This document shows positions 28,396-39,098 of a stretch of DNA of 64,000 nt, one piece after another (the first letter of the stretch is position 1; every line of letters starts with the position of its first letter). This DNA is from Candidatus Tectimicrobiota bacterium. GTDB taxonomy: Bacteria; JACPUC01. The notes under the pieces are model-generated. The model ran no database searches. It was not told where the DNA came from and saw nothing but the letters and a program-made list of their open reading frames with translations. Position numbers and translations under genes: made by a program. The stretch spans positions 1 to 64,000 of the forward strand of contig JACPUC010000003.1 of NCBI GenBank assembly GCA_016192455.1. The letters run 5' to 3'.

Positions 28396-30534
28396 CTACG
28401 CCGGGCGCACGCGGCAAAGGAGCGTCCGGATGCTCACCGAGCCGGCATAGGCGTCGTACGGCGGGCCGCTGTCCGTCAGCATGTTGACATTGGCCTCGCG
28501 CCAGCCGTGGTCGGGGCTGGTCTTCTCCGGGAACCACCAGCAGTGCGGCGCCGCCACCACGCCGCGCAGGACGCCCGGCGTCACCTTCACCTTCATGGAA
28601 ATGCTGCCGCGCGGCGACTCGATGACCGCCATGGCGCCGTCCTTCAGGTTGTACCGCGCCGCCGTCTCCGGGTGGACCTCCGCCAGCGGCTCGGGCCACT
28701 TGGCGCGCAGCGAGGGAATCTGCCGCGATTCGCTGTGGAAGAACATCGGCTGGCGGTAGCCGGTGCTGAGGATAAGCGGGTACACCTTGCAGAGTTCCGG
28801 CTTGCTCACCGGGCTCTCCGGCGGCTCCAGGTAGGTCGGCAGCGGGTCTCTCCCCATCGCCGAAATCTTCTCCGGCACGAACTCATACTTGCGCGACGGG
28901 GTCGAGAAGCCGCGCGTGCGGTACTTCTCGTACCGCAGCTCGCCCGGCAGGAAGCCCACCTCCTTGAACTGCCGCCAGGTGAGGCCGGAAGGGGTGAGCA
29001 GATCGGTGAGGGCGTCCTCCATGGTGGGAAAGAACTTGTCGGCATAGCCCAGGCGCTTGCCCAGCTCCATGAGGATTTCCTGATCCGACTTCACCTCGCC
29101 GCACTGCACGATCTTCTGCCGCACCGAGACCTTGCCGTGGCGCGTCCAGTAGGCCGCCACGTCGTCGGTCTCCAGCCAGGTGGCCACCGGCAGAACGATG
29201 TCCGCGAGCTCCGCCGTGGGCGTCATGAAGAGCTCGGTGACGACGAGGAACTCCAGGGCGTTGAAGGCCTTGTAGACGCGCTGCGAGTCCGGCCAGCTCA
29301 ACAGCGCGTTGCTGCCGTGGACGAGCACGGCGCGCGTCCGGTACGGCGTGCCGTCGAGGATCGAGTCGAGGAGCTTGGGGTGGGTGGTGATCATGCCCTG
29401 GTTGGCGACGGGGAACTCCGCGCCCCCCAGGCGCTTGGCGTTGGCCTCCGGCGGCAGCTCGCCGTGCAGGGCGAACTGGCTGAGGGTCTTCACCTTTGGC
29501 GGCGAGAAGAGGACGTTGCCGCCCTGGCGGTCGAGGTTGCCCGTCAGCGCCATGAGATGGCCCAGGCAGAGGGCGTTGCTGGCGGCATTCACCGAGCCGT
29601 CCAGCACCTGCCCGGGATTGATGGCGGCGGGTTTCTCCCTGGCGTAGAGCTCCGCCGCGTCGGCGATCTTCCGCGCCGGCAGCCAGGTGATCTCCGCCAC
29701 CCGCTCGAGGGGCCACAGGCGCGCGCGTTCCGCGAGCTGCTCGAAGCCGATGGTGTAGTTCTCCACGAAGTCGCGGTCGTAGAGCTTGTTGCTGATGATG
29801 TGGTGCAGCATGCCGAGGGCCAGGGCGGTATCGGTCCCCGGGCGGAGTTGCAGCCAGATCGTCGCCCGCGACGCCAGGGTGGTGAAGCGCGGGTCGATGA
29901 CGATGAGCTTCATGCCGGCGTTGAGGGCATCGACGAGCTGCGCGCCCTGGTACTCCTCGGGGCTGGTGATGTGGGGGTTGCAGCCCCAGATGACGGCGCA
30001 CTTCGGGTGCGCCTCGTAGTTGGCGATCGGCAGGCCACCGCAAACGGCGTTGTGCACGACGACGCGCGGGAAGTAGCAGATGTAGCCCGGCGTCGCCACG
30101 CTCGGCGTGCCGAAGACGTTGGCGAAGCGGTAGAGGAACTCGGCGTAGTCCCGCCCCGTCCCCTGCACCAGGCAGACCGATTCGGCGCCATGCGCCTGCC
30201 GCAGGCCCTGGAGCTTCGCCGCGATGGTGTCGAACGCCTCATCCCAACTGATGCGCTCCCACTGGCCGCTGCCCCGCGCACCCCGCCGCTTCATCGGGTG
30301 GAGGAGCCGATCCTGGTGGTAGAGAAGCTCCGGCGCCGCCAGCCCGATGCTGCACAGGCTGCCGCGGTTCATGGGGTTGTCGGGATCGCCCACCACCTTG
30401 GTGACGACGCCGTCGCGCACGTGCACGAGCACCCCGCAGGCGCCGTGGCAGCCCCGGCAGGTGCTCTTCACGACGCGCTCGCTCTGCGTGGCTTCGACCT
30501 CCGACCGCTGTTCGATGGTTGCCGCCTCAGCCAT
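28396..30534 (-). CDS. Molybdopterin oxidoreductase, DMSO-reductase family (acetylene-hydratase-like clade)
   Basis: CRGCHGAC...C Fe-S motif, WERISWDEA, RPGTDTALA, ADIVLP; no Tat signal. Confidence 0.88.
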   Translation of the reverse strand: MAEAATIEQRSEVEATQSERVVKSTCRGCHGACGVLVHVRDGVVTKVVGDPDNPMNRGSLCSIGLAAPELLYHQDRLLHPMKRRGARGSGQWERISWDEAFDTIAAKLQGLRQAHGAESVCLVQGTGRDYAEFLYRFANVFGTPSVATPGYICYFPRVVVHNAVCGGLPIANYEAHPKCAVIWGCNPHITSPEEYQGAQLVDALNAGMKLIVIDPRFTTLASRATIWLQLRPGTDTALALGMLHHIISNKLYDRDFVENYTIGFEQLAERARLWPLERVAEITWLPARKIADAAELYAREKPAAINPGQVLDGSVNAASNALCLGHLMALTGNLDRQGGNVLFSPPKVKTLSQFALHGELPPEANAKRLGGAEFPVANQGMITTHPKLLDSILDGTPYRTRAVLVHGSNALLSWPDSQRVYKAFNALEFLVVTELFMTPTAELADIVLPVATWLETDDVAAYWTRHGKVSVRQKIVQCGEVKSDQEILMELGKRLGYADKFFPTMEDALTDLLTPSGLTWRQFKEVGFLPGELRYEKYRTRGFSTPSRKYEFVPEKISAMGRDPLPTYLEPPESPVSKPELCKVYPLILSTGYRQPMFFHSESRQIPSLRAKWPEPLAEVHPETAARYNLKDGAMAVIESPRGSISMKVKVTPGVLRGVVAAPHCWWFPEKTSPDHGWREANVNMLTDSGPPYDAYAGSVSIRTLLCRVRPA

Positions 30535-30628
30535 GGAGCACCTCCAGATGCTTAGGAGTCATCGGCGCGCCGCGGCGCCGCCCGCCAGGTCCCCCGCCGG
30601 CCCCCTTCCCCTCGCCGCCCCAGCGCCG

Positions 30629-31966
30629 CTAGAACGGCACCTCCGTGCGCTCATCGACGACGCGGCGCGCTTTATGTTCAAAGCGCGGCAGGGAGCCCGA
30701 GGCGACGATCTCCACGCTCACCCGCAAGCCAAGCTCGTTGCGCAGCTCCGCCGACATCCGCTGGCGCAGGTGCTGGCGCTCCTCTTCCGCCAGCGTCGGA
30801 GAGGGATCGACCCGCACCAGGATGTCATCCAGCCCCTGCCGGCGGCGGAAGATGATCTGGAATTCGTCGGCCGCCTCGAACCGCCGCACCGCCTCCTCGA
30901 CGCGGGAGGGGTAGACGATGACGCCGCGCACCTTCTTCATATCGTCGAGGCGGCCGATGATGCCGCCGTCGATGCAGGCCAGGGTGCGGCCGCACGGGCA
31001 GGGCTCGGCGGCCCGGCGCACCAGGTCGCGGGTGCGGTAGCGCAGCAAGGGGAGGCTCTTGCGGAAGAGGTTCGTCACCACCAGCTCACCCACGTCGCCG
31101 GGGGGCGCCTCGGCGCCGCTCTCCGGATCGAGAATCTCGCAGTAGCAGTAATCCTCGTTCAGGTGCAGCTTTCCCGACTGCTCGGCGCACTCGAAGCCCC
31201 ACAGGACCACCTCGGTGAGGCCGGGCAGGTCGAAGGCGAGGGCCCCGAACCCCTCCTGCAGGCGGCGCTTCGTGCCGGCGATGCTGGCGCCCGGCTCGCC
31301 GGTGTGGAAGGTGAGCCGCACCTTGCTCTGCGTCGCCAGATCGATGCCTTTGCGCCGCGCCTGCTCGATCATGTAGAGGGCGTAGGAAGGGGTGCAGCCG
31401 ACCACCGTGATGGGGTAGGTCAGCAGGGTGTCGAGGCGCTGCTCGGTGCTCATGCCGCCGCTGGGATAGAGGAGGGCGCCGATCTCTTGCAGCGCGTAGA
31501 CCGACAGCCAGAAGCCGATCCAAGGGCCGAAGCTGAAGGCGGGCATCGCCATGTCGGCGGGGCGCACGCCCGCCGCGTAGAGCGCCCGCGCGTAGGCAAG
31601 GTAGAGGCCGCGCCAGTCCTCCCAGGCGTCCAGCACCAGCAAGGGCCGCCCCGTCGTCGCCGAGGTCTGGTGGATGCGCAGGCATTTCTCCACCGGCACC
31701 CCCATGAAGTCGCCGTACGGGGGGACAGCAACCTGGCTCTCGCGCAGCTCGTCCTTGGTGACGAAAGGGAGCTTCGGCAGGTGGCTGAGGTCCGGGAGGT
31801 CGGAAGGGCGCAGGCCGACGCTGTCGAACTTGCGGCGCATCAGCGGGCTGTGCTCGTAGGCATGCCGCTGCATGACCTGGAAACGCTCCTCCTGCACCGC
31901 CCGCAGTTCCGCCCGGGAGCCCATCTCAATCTTCGCATCGAGGCACACGGCATGGCCAGCTTGCAC
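30629..31966 (-). CDS. Phenylacetate-CoA ligase family protein (start uncertain)
   Basis: HQTSATTGRP, TGEPG, LRYRTRD, GRLDDM. Confidence 0.88.
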   Translation of the reverse strand: MQAGHAVCLDAKIEMGSRAELRAVQEERFQVMQRHAYEHSPLMRRKFDSVGLRPSDLPDLSHLPKLPFVTKDELRESQVAVPPYGDFMGVPVEKCLRIHQTSATTGRPLLVLDAWEDWRGLYLAYARALYAAGVRPADMAMPAFSFGPWIGFWLSVYALQEIGALLYPSGGMSTEQRLDTLLTYPITVVGCTPSYALYMIEQARRKGIDLATQSKVRLTFHTGEPGASIAGTKRRLQEGFGALAFDLPGLTEVVLWGFECAEQSGKLHLNEDYCYCEILDPESGAEAPPGDVGELVVTNLFRKSLPLLRYRTRDLVRRAAEPCPCGRTLACIDGGIIGRLDDMKKVRGVIVYPSRVEEAVRRFEAADEFQIIFRRRQGLDDILVRVDPSPTLAEEERQHLRQRMSAELRNELGLRVSVEIVASGSLPRFEHKARRVVDERTEVPF

Positions 31967-32198
31967 GGTCGTCGTCCCGTCGAGGGTGGGGAGGGTGCGG
32001 CATTAATTATACGGGAGCCAGGCGCAGGAGGCAACCGCTGCGCAGGCGCGGCGGCTGGGGCCGGCGGCGCGGGCGCCTGCCATGCTTGACAAGCGCTGCC
32101 GCCGTTTCTAGCTTTCAAGGGGAACGGCGAACGGCGCGCGCCGCCGTCGCATCCGCGCTCATGCCGCGGCGCTCACCCGAGTCTGAGGACGACGAGCC

Positions 32199-33290
32199 AT
32201 GCAGCGAAGCCCCATTGCAGAGGCGGCGGCCACGGCGGGCGCGCGCCTGCGGCTGTACCAGGAGTGGGAGGTCCCCGGCGTCTTCTCGCGGGTCGAGGAG
32301 GAATACCGCGCCGCCTGCGCGTCAGCCGCCGTTGCCGATCTGTCGCACCGCGGCGTGCTGCGCGTCGCCGGGTCGGAGCGCACCGCCTACCTGCAGAGCA
32401 TGCTGTCGAACGAGGTGAAAACCCTGCGCTCCGGCGATGGGAACCATACCACCCTGTTGACGCCGCAGGGGAGGGTCCTCGGCGATATGGGACTCCTCTG
32501 CGGCGGCGACGAGGTGCGGCTGGTCTGCGAGCCTCTTGCCACGCAACCGGTCTTCGAGCTGCTGGCGAAGTACGGCGTGCTGAGCGACGTGGAGGTGGAG
32601 GACGTGTCGGCGCGGTACGCGCAGCTCGCCGTCCTGGGGCCGGGGGCCGCCGCGGCGCTGGGGCGGGCGGGAGTGGCCGGCGCCTCGGCGTGGCCGAGCG
32701 AGCCGTGGCGCTGGGTCGAGGCGCGCTGGCGGCGGCAGCCTGTCACCATGGTGCGCTCGAGGCTGGCGGAGGCGGGCGGCTTCGAGCTCTTGCTGCCGCG
32801 CGAGCTCGGCGTGGACCTGTGGACCGTCCTCGGCGCCGCCGGGGTCACGCCGCTGGGGTTCGAGGCGCTGAACCTCCTGCGTCTCGAGGCGGGCGTGGCG
32901 CTCTTCGGCGTCGACTTCGACCACACCCACCTGCCGGTGGAGGCGAACCTCCTCGACGCCATCAGCTACACCAAGGGCTGCTACGTCGGCCAGGAGATTC
33001 TGGCGCGCCTGCGGGCGCGGGGCCACGTCAGCCGCCTGCTCAGCGGGCTGGTCCTCGAGGGCGACAGCGCGCCGCCCGCCGGAGCAACGGTGCTGCACGC
33101 CGGAGAGAACGTGGGCGAGGTGACGAGCGGCGGCATCTCCCCCAAGCTCGGCAAGCCGATCGCGCTCGCCTACGTGCGCTGGAAGACCCTGGAGGAGCAG
33201 GCGCCCCTGACGGTCGTCTGGGAGGGGAACGAGGTGGCGGCGGCGGTCGTGGAGCCGCCGTTCTCGAAGACCGTCGCCAAGACGCCGTGA
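32199..33290 (+). CDS. ygfZ: YgfZ/GcvT folate-binding protein
   Basis: KGCYVGQE signature. Confidence 0.88.
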   Translation: MQRSPIAEAAATAGARLRLYQEWEVPGVFSRVEEEYRAACASAAVADLSHRGVLRVAGSERTAYLQSMLSNEVKTLRSGDGNHTTLLTPQGRVLGDMGLLCGGDEVRLVCEPLATQPVFELLAKYGVLSDVEVEDVSARYAQLAVLGPGAAAALGRAGVAGASAWPSEPWRWVEARWRRQPVTMVRSRLAEAGGFELLLPRELGVDLWTVLGAAGVTPLGFEALNLLRLEAGVALFGVDFDHTHLPVEANLLDAISYTKGCYVGQEILARLRARGHVSRLLSGLVLEGDSAPPAGATVLHAGENVGEVTSGGISPKLGKPIALAYVRWKTLEEQAPLTVVWEGNEVAAAVVEPPFSKTVAKTP

Positions 33291-33328
33291 CGCGAAGGGC
33301 TGCGCCGTCGATGCGCCGGAGGAGCAGG

Positions 33329-33700
33329 ATGCACCTCTTCACCCTCGCCGAGAAACTGGCGGAGATGCGGCGGATCAACCAAGAGATCAGCTACGCCCGC
33401 TGCCTGCGCGGGGACTCCTTTGAAGCGGGTGTGATCTCCTTCGCGCCGCGCGCCTCGGCGGACCCGAAGCTCATCACCCACGCCGACCAGGAGGTGGTGG
33501 CCCAGGTGATCGCCGGGCAGGGGTTCGTGCGCATCGGCGGCACCACCCACGAGCTGCGGCCGGGCGCCGTCTGCCACATTCCGGTGAATACCCCGCACGA
33601 CTTCTACACCACCGCCGCGCAACCCTTGTCGCTCTTCTACCTCCTCATCCGCAGCGCCGCGGCGAGGTCCGCGCCAGCCGCCGGCGCAGCGCCCGCCTGA
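33329..33700 (+). CDS. Cupin domain protein
   Basis: HADQEVVAQVIAGQG...GAVCHIPVNTPH. Confidence 0.8.
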   Translation: MHLFTLAEKLAEMRRINQEISYARCLRGDSFEAGVISFAPRASADPKLITHADQEVVAQVIAGQGFVRIGGTTHELRPGAVCHIPVNTPHDFYTTAAQPLSLFYLLIRSAAARSAPAAGAAPA

Positions 33701-34655
33701 AGGCCGCGGCCGTGAGGTAGGACGCCTGGGCGCCAAGCCGCTCCGTGGCCAGGGCGGCATAGAGCGTCGCCTGGGTGATCGCCTCGGGCAGGGCGAGTCC
33801 CTGCGCCACGCCGTGGGCGAAGCTGCCGACGAAAGCATCCCCGGCGCCGGTGGTGTCCACCACGTCGGCCCGCTGCGCCGGCCACCGCCAGGCCCCCTCG
33901 CGGCTCACCCACAGGCACCCCTGCCGGCCCAGCGTGACGATGACCTGGCGGCAGCCGTCCGCTTGGCCGGGAGTCGCCGCCGGCGCCTCGGCCCACGCCA
34001 GGAGCCCCTGCGCCGCCCGCACCATGGCGTCGCGCCCGCCCCGCCGCGGCGGCAGGGGGCGCGGCGGCGTCAGCATCCCCAGCTCGAGGCGGTTTGGAAT
34101 CAGGCACCAGACGCCGCCCAGAAGGTCGCGCGGCAGCGGCCGGCCGGGAGCGGGATTGAGGATCACCCGCGTGCCCAGGTCGCGCGCCATGGCGACCGCC
34201 GCCGCCACCGTCTCCAGGGGCAGCTCGAGCTGCAGGAGGAGCGCGCCGGCGCCCGCCATCAGCGGCTTCAGGGGCGCCAGGTCCGCCGGCAGCATGGCGG
34301 CGTTCGCCCCGGGCGCGACGATGATGCGGTTCTCGCCGGCGGGTCCGACGATGATCGTCGCCAGGCCGGTTGGGGCGTCGTCCGTTTGCCGCGCGGCGGC
34401 GACGTCCACGCCGCTGCGCCGGAGGTGGGCCAGCACCTGCCGTCCCAGGAGGTCGCGCCCGACCTTCCCCGCCAGGACCACCCGGCTGCCGAGGCGCGCC
34501 GCGGCCACGGCTTGGTTCGCGCCCTTGCCGCCGAAACTCAGCAGGCTCTCCTTGCCGAGGACGGTCTCTCCGGCGCGAGGCAGGCGGTCGGTCGTGGTGG
34601 TAAGGTCCACATTCATGCTGCCGATGACCAGGAGGTCACACGCCGCGCCGCTCAC
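33645..34655 (-). CDS. rbsK: Ribokinase
   Basis: GSMNVD, GGKGANQA, NPAP, DTTGAGDAF. Confidence 0.88.
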   Translation of the reverse strand: MSGAACDLLVIGSMNVDLTTTTDRLPRAGETVLGKESLLSFGGKGANQAVAAARLGSRVVLAGKVGRDLLGRQVLAHLRRSGVDVAAARQTDDAPTGLATIIVGPAGENRIIVAPGANAAMLPADLAPLKPLMAGAGALLLQLELPLETVAAAVAMARDLGTRVILNPAPGRPLPRDLLGGVWCLIPNRLELGMLTPPRPLPPRRGGRDAMVRAAQGLLAWAEAPAATPGQADGCRQVIVTLGRQGCLWVSREGAWRWPAQRADVVDTTGAGDAFVGSFAHGVAQGLALPEAITQATLYAALATERLGAQASYLTAAAFRRALRRRLARTSPRRCG

Positions 34656-34970
34656 ATGCTTGCTCCCTTGCCGCTCGGGCCTGTTCACCGCCCTTGCCGG
34701 GCGACGGCAGGGCCAACCCGCGGCGAGCGGCTGAAGGCGTGCTGAAGCGCGCCTGGCCGCTCCCGCGTCGTCCGGCGGCGGCGCGTTGTCCCATGTCGAG
34801 GATGCCCCACCGCCTTCTCCGCCTGGAATGCCCTTGCCTGGTGGGGGGTGACATCTATAATGAAGAAGAGGATGCTTCCCTATGTTCTTCTGAATGAGCC
34901 GCGGCCTGGTGAACCTCGCTCCGCCCCGCCGAGGTGGCGGCGCCGCAGCGCACCTCCCCCACCACGAAGG

Positions 34971-36626
34971 ATGATGCTCATGCTCCTTACCGGCGGACAG
35001 GCAGTCGTTCACACCTTATACCAGGAAGGTGTCCGGTGCGTCTTCGGCATTCCGGGTGTCCACAACCTCGCCATCTATGACGCCCTGGCGGAGTTCCCGG
35101 ACCTGCAGCACTTCGTGACGCGGCATGAGCAGGGGGCGGCGTTCATGGCGGATGGCTACGCCCGGGCGAGCGGCAAGGTAGGGGTGGTGCTCGTGACCAC
35201 CGGCCCGGGCGCCCTGAACACCTTGACCCCGGCGCTCGAGGCGTACGGCTGCTCCTCGCCGGTGCTCATCATCTCCAGTCAGATCACCTCGAAGTATCAT
35301 GGGCAGGGCAAGGGGCTCTTGCACGAGGTGGAAAACCAGCTTGCGATGTTCAGGCCGGTGACCGCCCAGCAGCGCTACGTCGACGAGGTGGCGGCGATTC
35401 CGGAAACGATCCACGAGCTGCTGCACGGCATGCGCGCCGGCCGGCCGCGCCCGGCCTACCTCGAGATTCCATTCGACGTGCTGAACAAGGAGGCGGAGGT
35501 CGATCTCGGCAGGCCGCGCGAGGTGATCCGCCCCGCCGCCACCGCGGCGGAGGTGCGGGCCATCGTCGAGGCCCTGCGCGGCGCGGAGCGCCCGCTCATC
35601 GTCTGTGGCGGCGGCGTCATCTCCTCCGGCGGCACGTCCGAGCTGCTCGCCCTGCTCGAGCTGGTGCCCGCCGCCGTCACCACCTCGCTCAACGGGCGCG
35701 GCGCCATCCCCGAGGACCATCCCCTGGCCTGCGGAGCGCTTGTGGCGCAGGCGCCGATCAAGGAGTATCTCGCCAGCTGCGATTTCGTGCTGGCCCTGGG
35801 GACGAAGTTCTGCGATCGCTCCACGCAGACCTGGACGACGCCGTACTCGAAGAACCTCATCCACGTCAACATCGATGCCGGCGAGTTCAACAAGAACTAC
35901 CCCTGCCGGCTCGGCGTGGCCGCCGACGCCGCCACGGTGTTGCGGCAGGTGCGCGGGGAACTTGAGGGGAAGGCGGTGGCCGCCAGCCGCGAGGTGGAGA
36001 AAGAGATCAGCAGCCGCAAGAGGGAGGTGTTCGCCGCCTTGCGCGAGGAGCACCCCACCGTCGACGCGGCGCTGCGCGACCTGCGCCAGGCGCTGCCGCG
36101 CGAGTCCTGCCTGGTGATGGATATGACCCTCCTGAGCTACTGGTGCCGCACGCACTACGAGGTCTACGGGCCGAGCACGTTCGTGCAGCCCATCGGCAGC
36201 GGCACCTTGGGAGCGGCGCTGCCGCTTGCCATCGGCGCCAAAATCGCCCGCCCCGAGCGGCAGGTGTTCGTCGTCTGCGGTGATGGCGGCTTCCTCTTCA
36301 CCTGCCAGGAGTACGCCACGGCTCTGCGCTATGGCTTGGAGCTCCCGATCCTGCTCTTCAACGACAACAAGTACGGCGCCATCGAGTGGTTCCAGCAGAA
36401 CCGCTACGACCGCGTCGTTGACGCCACGCTGGCGAACCCCGATTTCATGAAGTTTGCCGACGCCTTCGGCGTGGAAGGGGTGCGCATTTCATCCCTGCAT
36501 GAGCTGCCGGGGGCCATTCGCTTCGCCGCCAGGAAAGGGGGACCGGTCATCATTGAGACCTCGATCAGCTTCGAACCGCCGTGGGACCCCGCAAGCCTGC
36601 GACCGAAGAAACGCGTCGCCTCCTGA
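34971..36626 (+). CDS. Thiamine pyrophosphate-dependent enzyme (acetolactate synthase-like)
   Basis: FGIPG, RHEQGA, GPG, GDGG...N TPP motif. Confidence 0.9.
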   Translation: MMLMLLTGGQAVVHTLYQEGVRCVFGIPGVHNLAIYDALAEFPDLQHFVTRHEQGAAFMADGYARASGKVGVVLVTTGPGALNTLTPALEAYGCSSPVLIISSQITSKYHGQGKGLLHEVENQLAMFRPVTAQQRYVDEVAAIPETIHELLHGMRAGRPRPAYLEIPFDVLNKEAEVDLGRPREVIRPAATAAEVRAIVEALRGAERPLIVCGGGVISSGGTSELLALLELVPAAVTTSLNGRGAIPEDHPLACGALVAQAPIKEYLASCDFVLALGTKFCDRSTQTWTTPYSKNLIHVNIDAGEFNKNYPCRLGVAADAATVLRQVRGELEGKAVAASREVEKEISSRKREVFAALREEHPTVDAALRDLRQALPRESCLVMDMTLLSYWCRTHYEVYGPSTFVQPIGSGTLGAALPLAIGAKIARPERQVFVVCGDGGFLFTCQEYATALRYGLELPILLFNDNKYGAIEWFQQNRYDRVVDATLANPDFMKFADAFGVEGVRISSLHELPGAIRFAARKGGPVIIETSISFEPPWDPASLRPKKRVAS

Positions 36627-36672
36627 GGCGATTCGGGGCTGTCGCGGGGGAGCGCCGCGGGGGTGGTGGCGC

Positions 36673-37581
36673 GTGCGTGCAGGCCCTGCCTCGGAAAGAG
36701 AGCGCGAGCGCAGGTCCGCCGTTGGAGGTCTGCCCCTCCTGGGACTGGCGCTCCTCGTGGCGGCGGTCTTGCCGGTTGCCGCGGCGGCTGACGAGCCGCT
36801 GGTGCTCAAACCCGAGGACGCCGCCATCCTGCCGCTGGCGGCGATGCCGATCGAGCTGCGCCAGCGCGTCACCTTTGTCGTCGTCAAGCGCACCCTGCGG
36901 CGCGTCATGACGAGCGAGCCGTTCGCCAGCTCCCTGGAGGGATACACCTTCCTCCTCGACCACCTGCCGCTGGCGGCGCGCCTCGCCGCGGCCCTGGCGA
37001 TCGACCGCTACCGCATCGAGGCGACGGCGCCCGGGCAGTTCTTCGGGGATGACCAGAGCGGCCTGACGGGGAACTTCACGGTGGCCTACCAGGCCACCGG
37101 CAGGCGTATTTACTATGGCGAGGGGGTCTATGTAGGCGCGCTGCTGCCGAGGATGTCCGGACGCACCGTCATGGTGTTGGAGTTCCACCCCATCGAGCGC
37201 CAGGGGCGACCCTTCGTGGAGACCCGGCTGACGGTCTATCTGCGCCTCGAGCAGCGCCCCCTGCGGTACCTCTTGAAACCGCTGCTGCCGTTGGTGAGCG
37301 GCCTGGTGAATCGCAAGCTGAGCCGCTTCCTCACGGCGGCGCGGCGCCTGAGCGAAGCGCTGGCCGCGGAGCCGCGCCAGACCTGGCGGGAGGTCCAGCA
37401 GAGCCAGACGCTGAGCGAGGCCGACAAGCGCTGTGTGCGGCAACTCCTGAGCCGTCTGCCCGGCGCCGGCGACCTCGCCGCGGCCGCCGAGGAGGTGGAC
37501 TCCCCTAGTGATGAAGCGCCGTATCCCGAGGCCGCGGGCAACTCCGCCGCGGCAGCGGATGCTTGCGCGGCATCGCCGTAG
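36673..37581 (+). CDS. Hypothetical exported protein (start uncertain)
   Basis: Signal-like LLGLALLVAAVLPVAAA; GC3-biased codons. Confidence 0.6.
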   Translation: MRAGPASERERERRSAVGGLPLLGLALLVAAVLPVAAAADEPLVLKPEDAAILPLAAMPIELRQRVTFVVVKRTLRRVMTSEPFASSLEGYTFLLDHLPLAARLAAALAIDRYRIEATAPGQFFGDDQSGLTGNFTVAYQATGRRIYYGEGVYVGALLPRMSGRTVMVLEFHPIERQGRPFVETRLTVYLRLEQRPLRYLLKPLLPLVSGLVNRKLSRFLTAARRLSEALAAEPRQTWREVQQSQTLSEADKRCVRQLLSRLPGAGDLAAAAEEVDSPSDEAPYPEAAGNSAAAADACAASP

Positions 37582-37657
37582 GAGGCCGCGCCGCGCTGGG
37601 CGCCGGGTCCCGTCCGCGTTCGTCGAACGCCGCCATGGAGGCGCGGCAGGAGGGGAG

Positions 37658-37924
37658 ATGGCCAGGTTGTTCAAGAAGTCACGCCTCGACGCCTACCGCT
37701 GCTGGGTGCCGATCTTCCGCACCCAGAACGCCGTGGAGGCCCATCTGGTGCGCGGCCTGCTGGAGGGCGAGGGGATCTCCTGCTGGGTGCGCTCGAAAGG
37801 GATCGCGCTCCTGCCGCTGACGGTGAACGGGCTCGGCGAGGTGGTGGTGTGCGTCGACGCCGCCGATCAGGAGGCCGGCCAGCGCATCCTGGACGACGTT
37901 CGCGGCGCTCCGCCGCATCCATAA
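37658..37924 (+). CDS. DUF2007-like small protein
   Basis: EAHLVRGLLEGEGI motif; RBS present. Confidence 0.7.
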   Translation: MARLFKKSRLDAYRCWVPIFRTQNAVEAHLVRGLLEGEGISCWVRSKGIALLPLTVNGLGEVVVCVDAADQEAGQRILDDVRGAPPHP

Positions 37925-38217
37925 GCCGACACCCGGGTGGGCGCGCCGCCGCTCTCGACAGCGCTGCCTCGTGGGTGGGCAGTTTAGAGCAGGCCGTGGC
38001 GCCGCAAGAAGTTAGCTCATGCATAGGGCGGCTTCTCCACACTTCATGCACAAGACGTGTGGAGAACCCCCCACGCCCCTGGGGGGCTCCTGCGGCGTGT
38101 CCGGCGTGATTGACGGCGCGGCAGCCGCAAGAGTATAGTGAGGTCTCTCCGAGGAAGAGTGCGTGGGTTCAAGCGCAAGGGAAGGTTTCCGGCTGGCGTC
38201 CGAGGAAGGAGCGCACC

Positions 38218-38607
38218 ATGCCAGACGATAGTAAGTATCCCAAGGACCTCGAGGAGCTGTCGAAGGCGATCAGCAAAGCCATCATGAACTCGGAGGATGT
38301 GCGCCACACCCTCTATCGCCTGCACCGCCAGCGTCTCGTTGGCCCGGAAAGCTTCCTGGCCCTCGTCCTGCGCATGCATGACCTGGTGGACCTGGTGGAG
38401 GGCGCGGCGACAAAGAGCCGCGGCGCACCCGGCACGGGGGGAAAGAAGACGACGCGTCGCACCGTCAGGAGTCGGCGCAAAAACGTCGATCCCCAGCTCG
38501 TCGATGGACGGAAACTCTCGCCAAGCGAGCTGGCCTTTCTCGAGTACTGCCAGAAGCGGTTCGATGAGACGGCCTGGTTGCGCGAGCAGCGGCTGCGGCT
38601 TGAGTGA
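38218..38607 (+). CDS. Hypothetical protein
   Basis: AAGGAG RBS, coding-like codon bias. Confidence 0.7.
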   Translation: MPDDSKYPKDLEELSKAISKAIMNSEDVRHTLYRLHRQRLVGPESFLALVLRMHDLVDLVEGAATKSRGAPGTGGKKTTRRTVRSRRKNVDPQLVDGRKLSPSELAFLEYCQKRFDETAWLREQRLRLE

Positions 38608-38740
38608 GGCATGGCGACCCAACCCGACCATGCCGCGAGGCACGGGACGCGGCGGCCGGGGTGCGGCGCGGGAAGGGCCGCGGGCGGCGCCGCGAGGTGG
38701 GCGCCACCCCTGGGGCGCGCGGCAGGCGTGGATGACGCGC

Positions 38741-39085
38741 ATGCGTGACTGTATCTTCTGCCGCATCATCGAAGGGAACCTGCCGGCGAGCCGCGTCTAC
38801 GAAGATGAGACTCTGATCGCGATTGAGGACGTACACCCTCAGGCCCCGACCCACCTCCTCATCATTCCACGCCAGCACCTGGCGACGGCGCAGGACTTCG
38901 ACTCCAGCCACCGTCAGCTCATCGGCAGCGTCTTCCTGGCGGCCAAGCGGCTCGCGGAGGAGCGCGGGGTGGCGGAACAGGGCTATCGCGTGGTGCTGAA
39001 CTGCAATCGAGCCGGCGGCCAGACGGTCTTCCACGTCCACTTCCATCTGCTGGCGGGACGTCCGATGCGCTGGCCACCGGGATAA
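38741..39085 (+). CDS. HIT family nucleotide hydrolase
   Basis: DCIFCRI, GQTVFHVHFHLL. Confidence 0.92.
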   Translation: MRDCIFCRIIEGNLPASRVYEDETLIAIEDVHPQAPTHLLIIPRQHLATAQDFDSSHRQLIGSVFLAAKRLAEERGVAEQGYRVVLNCNRAGGQTVFHVHFHLLAGRPMRWPPG

Positions 39086-39098
39086 GGAGCCGGCCACC

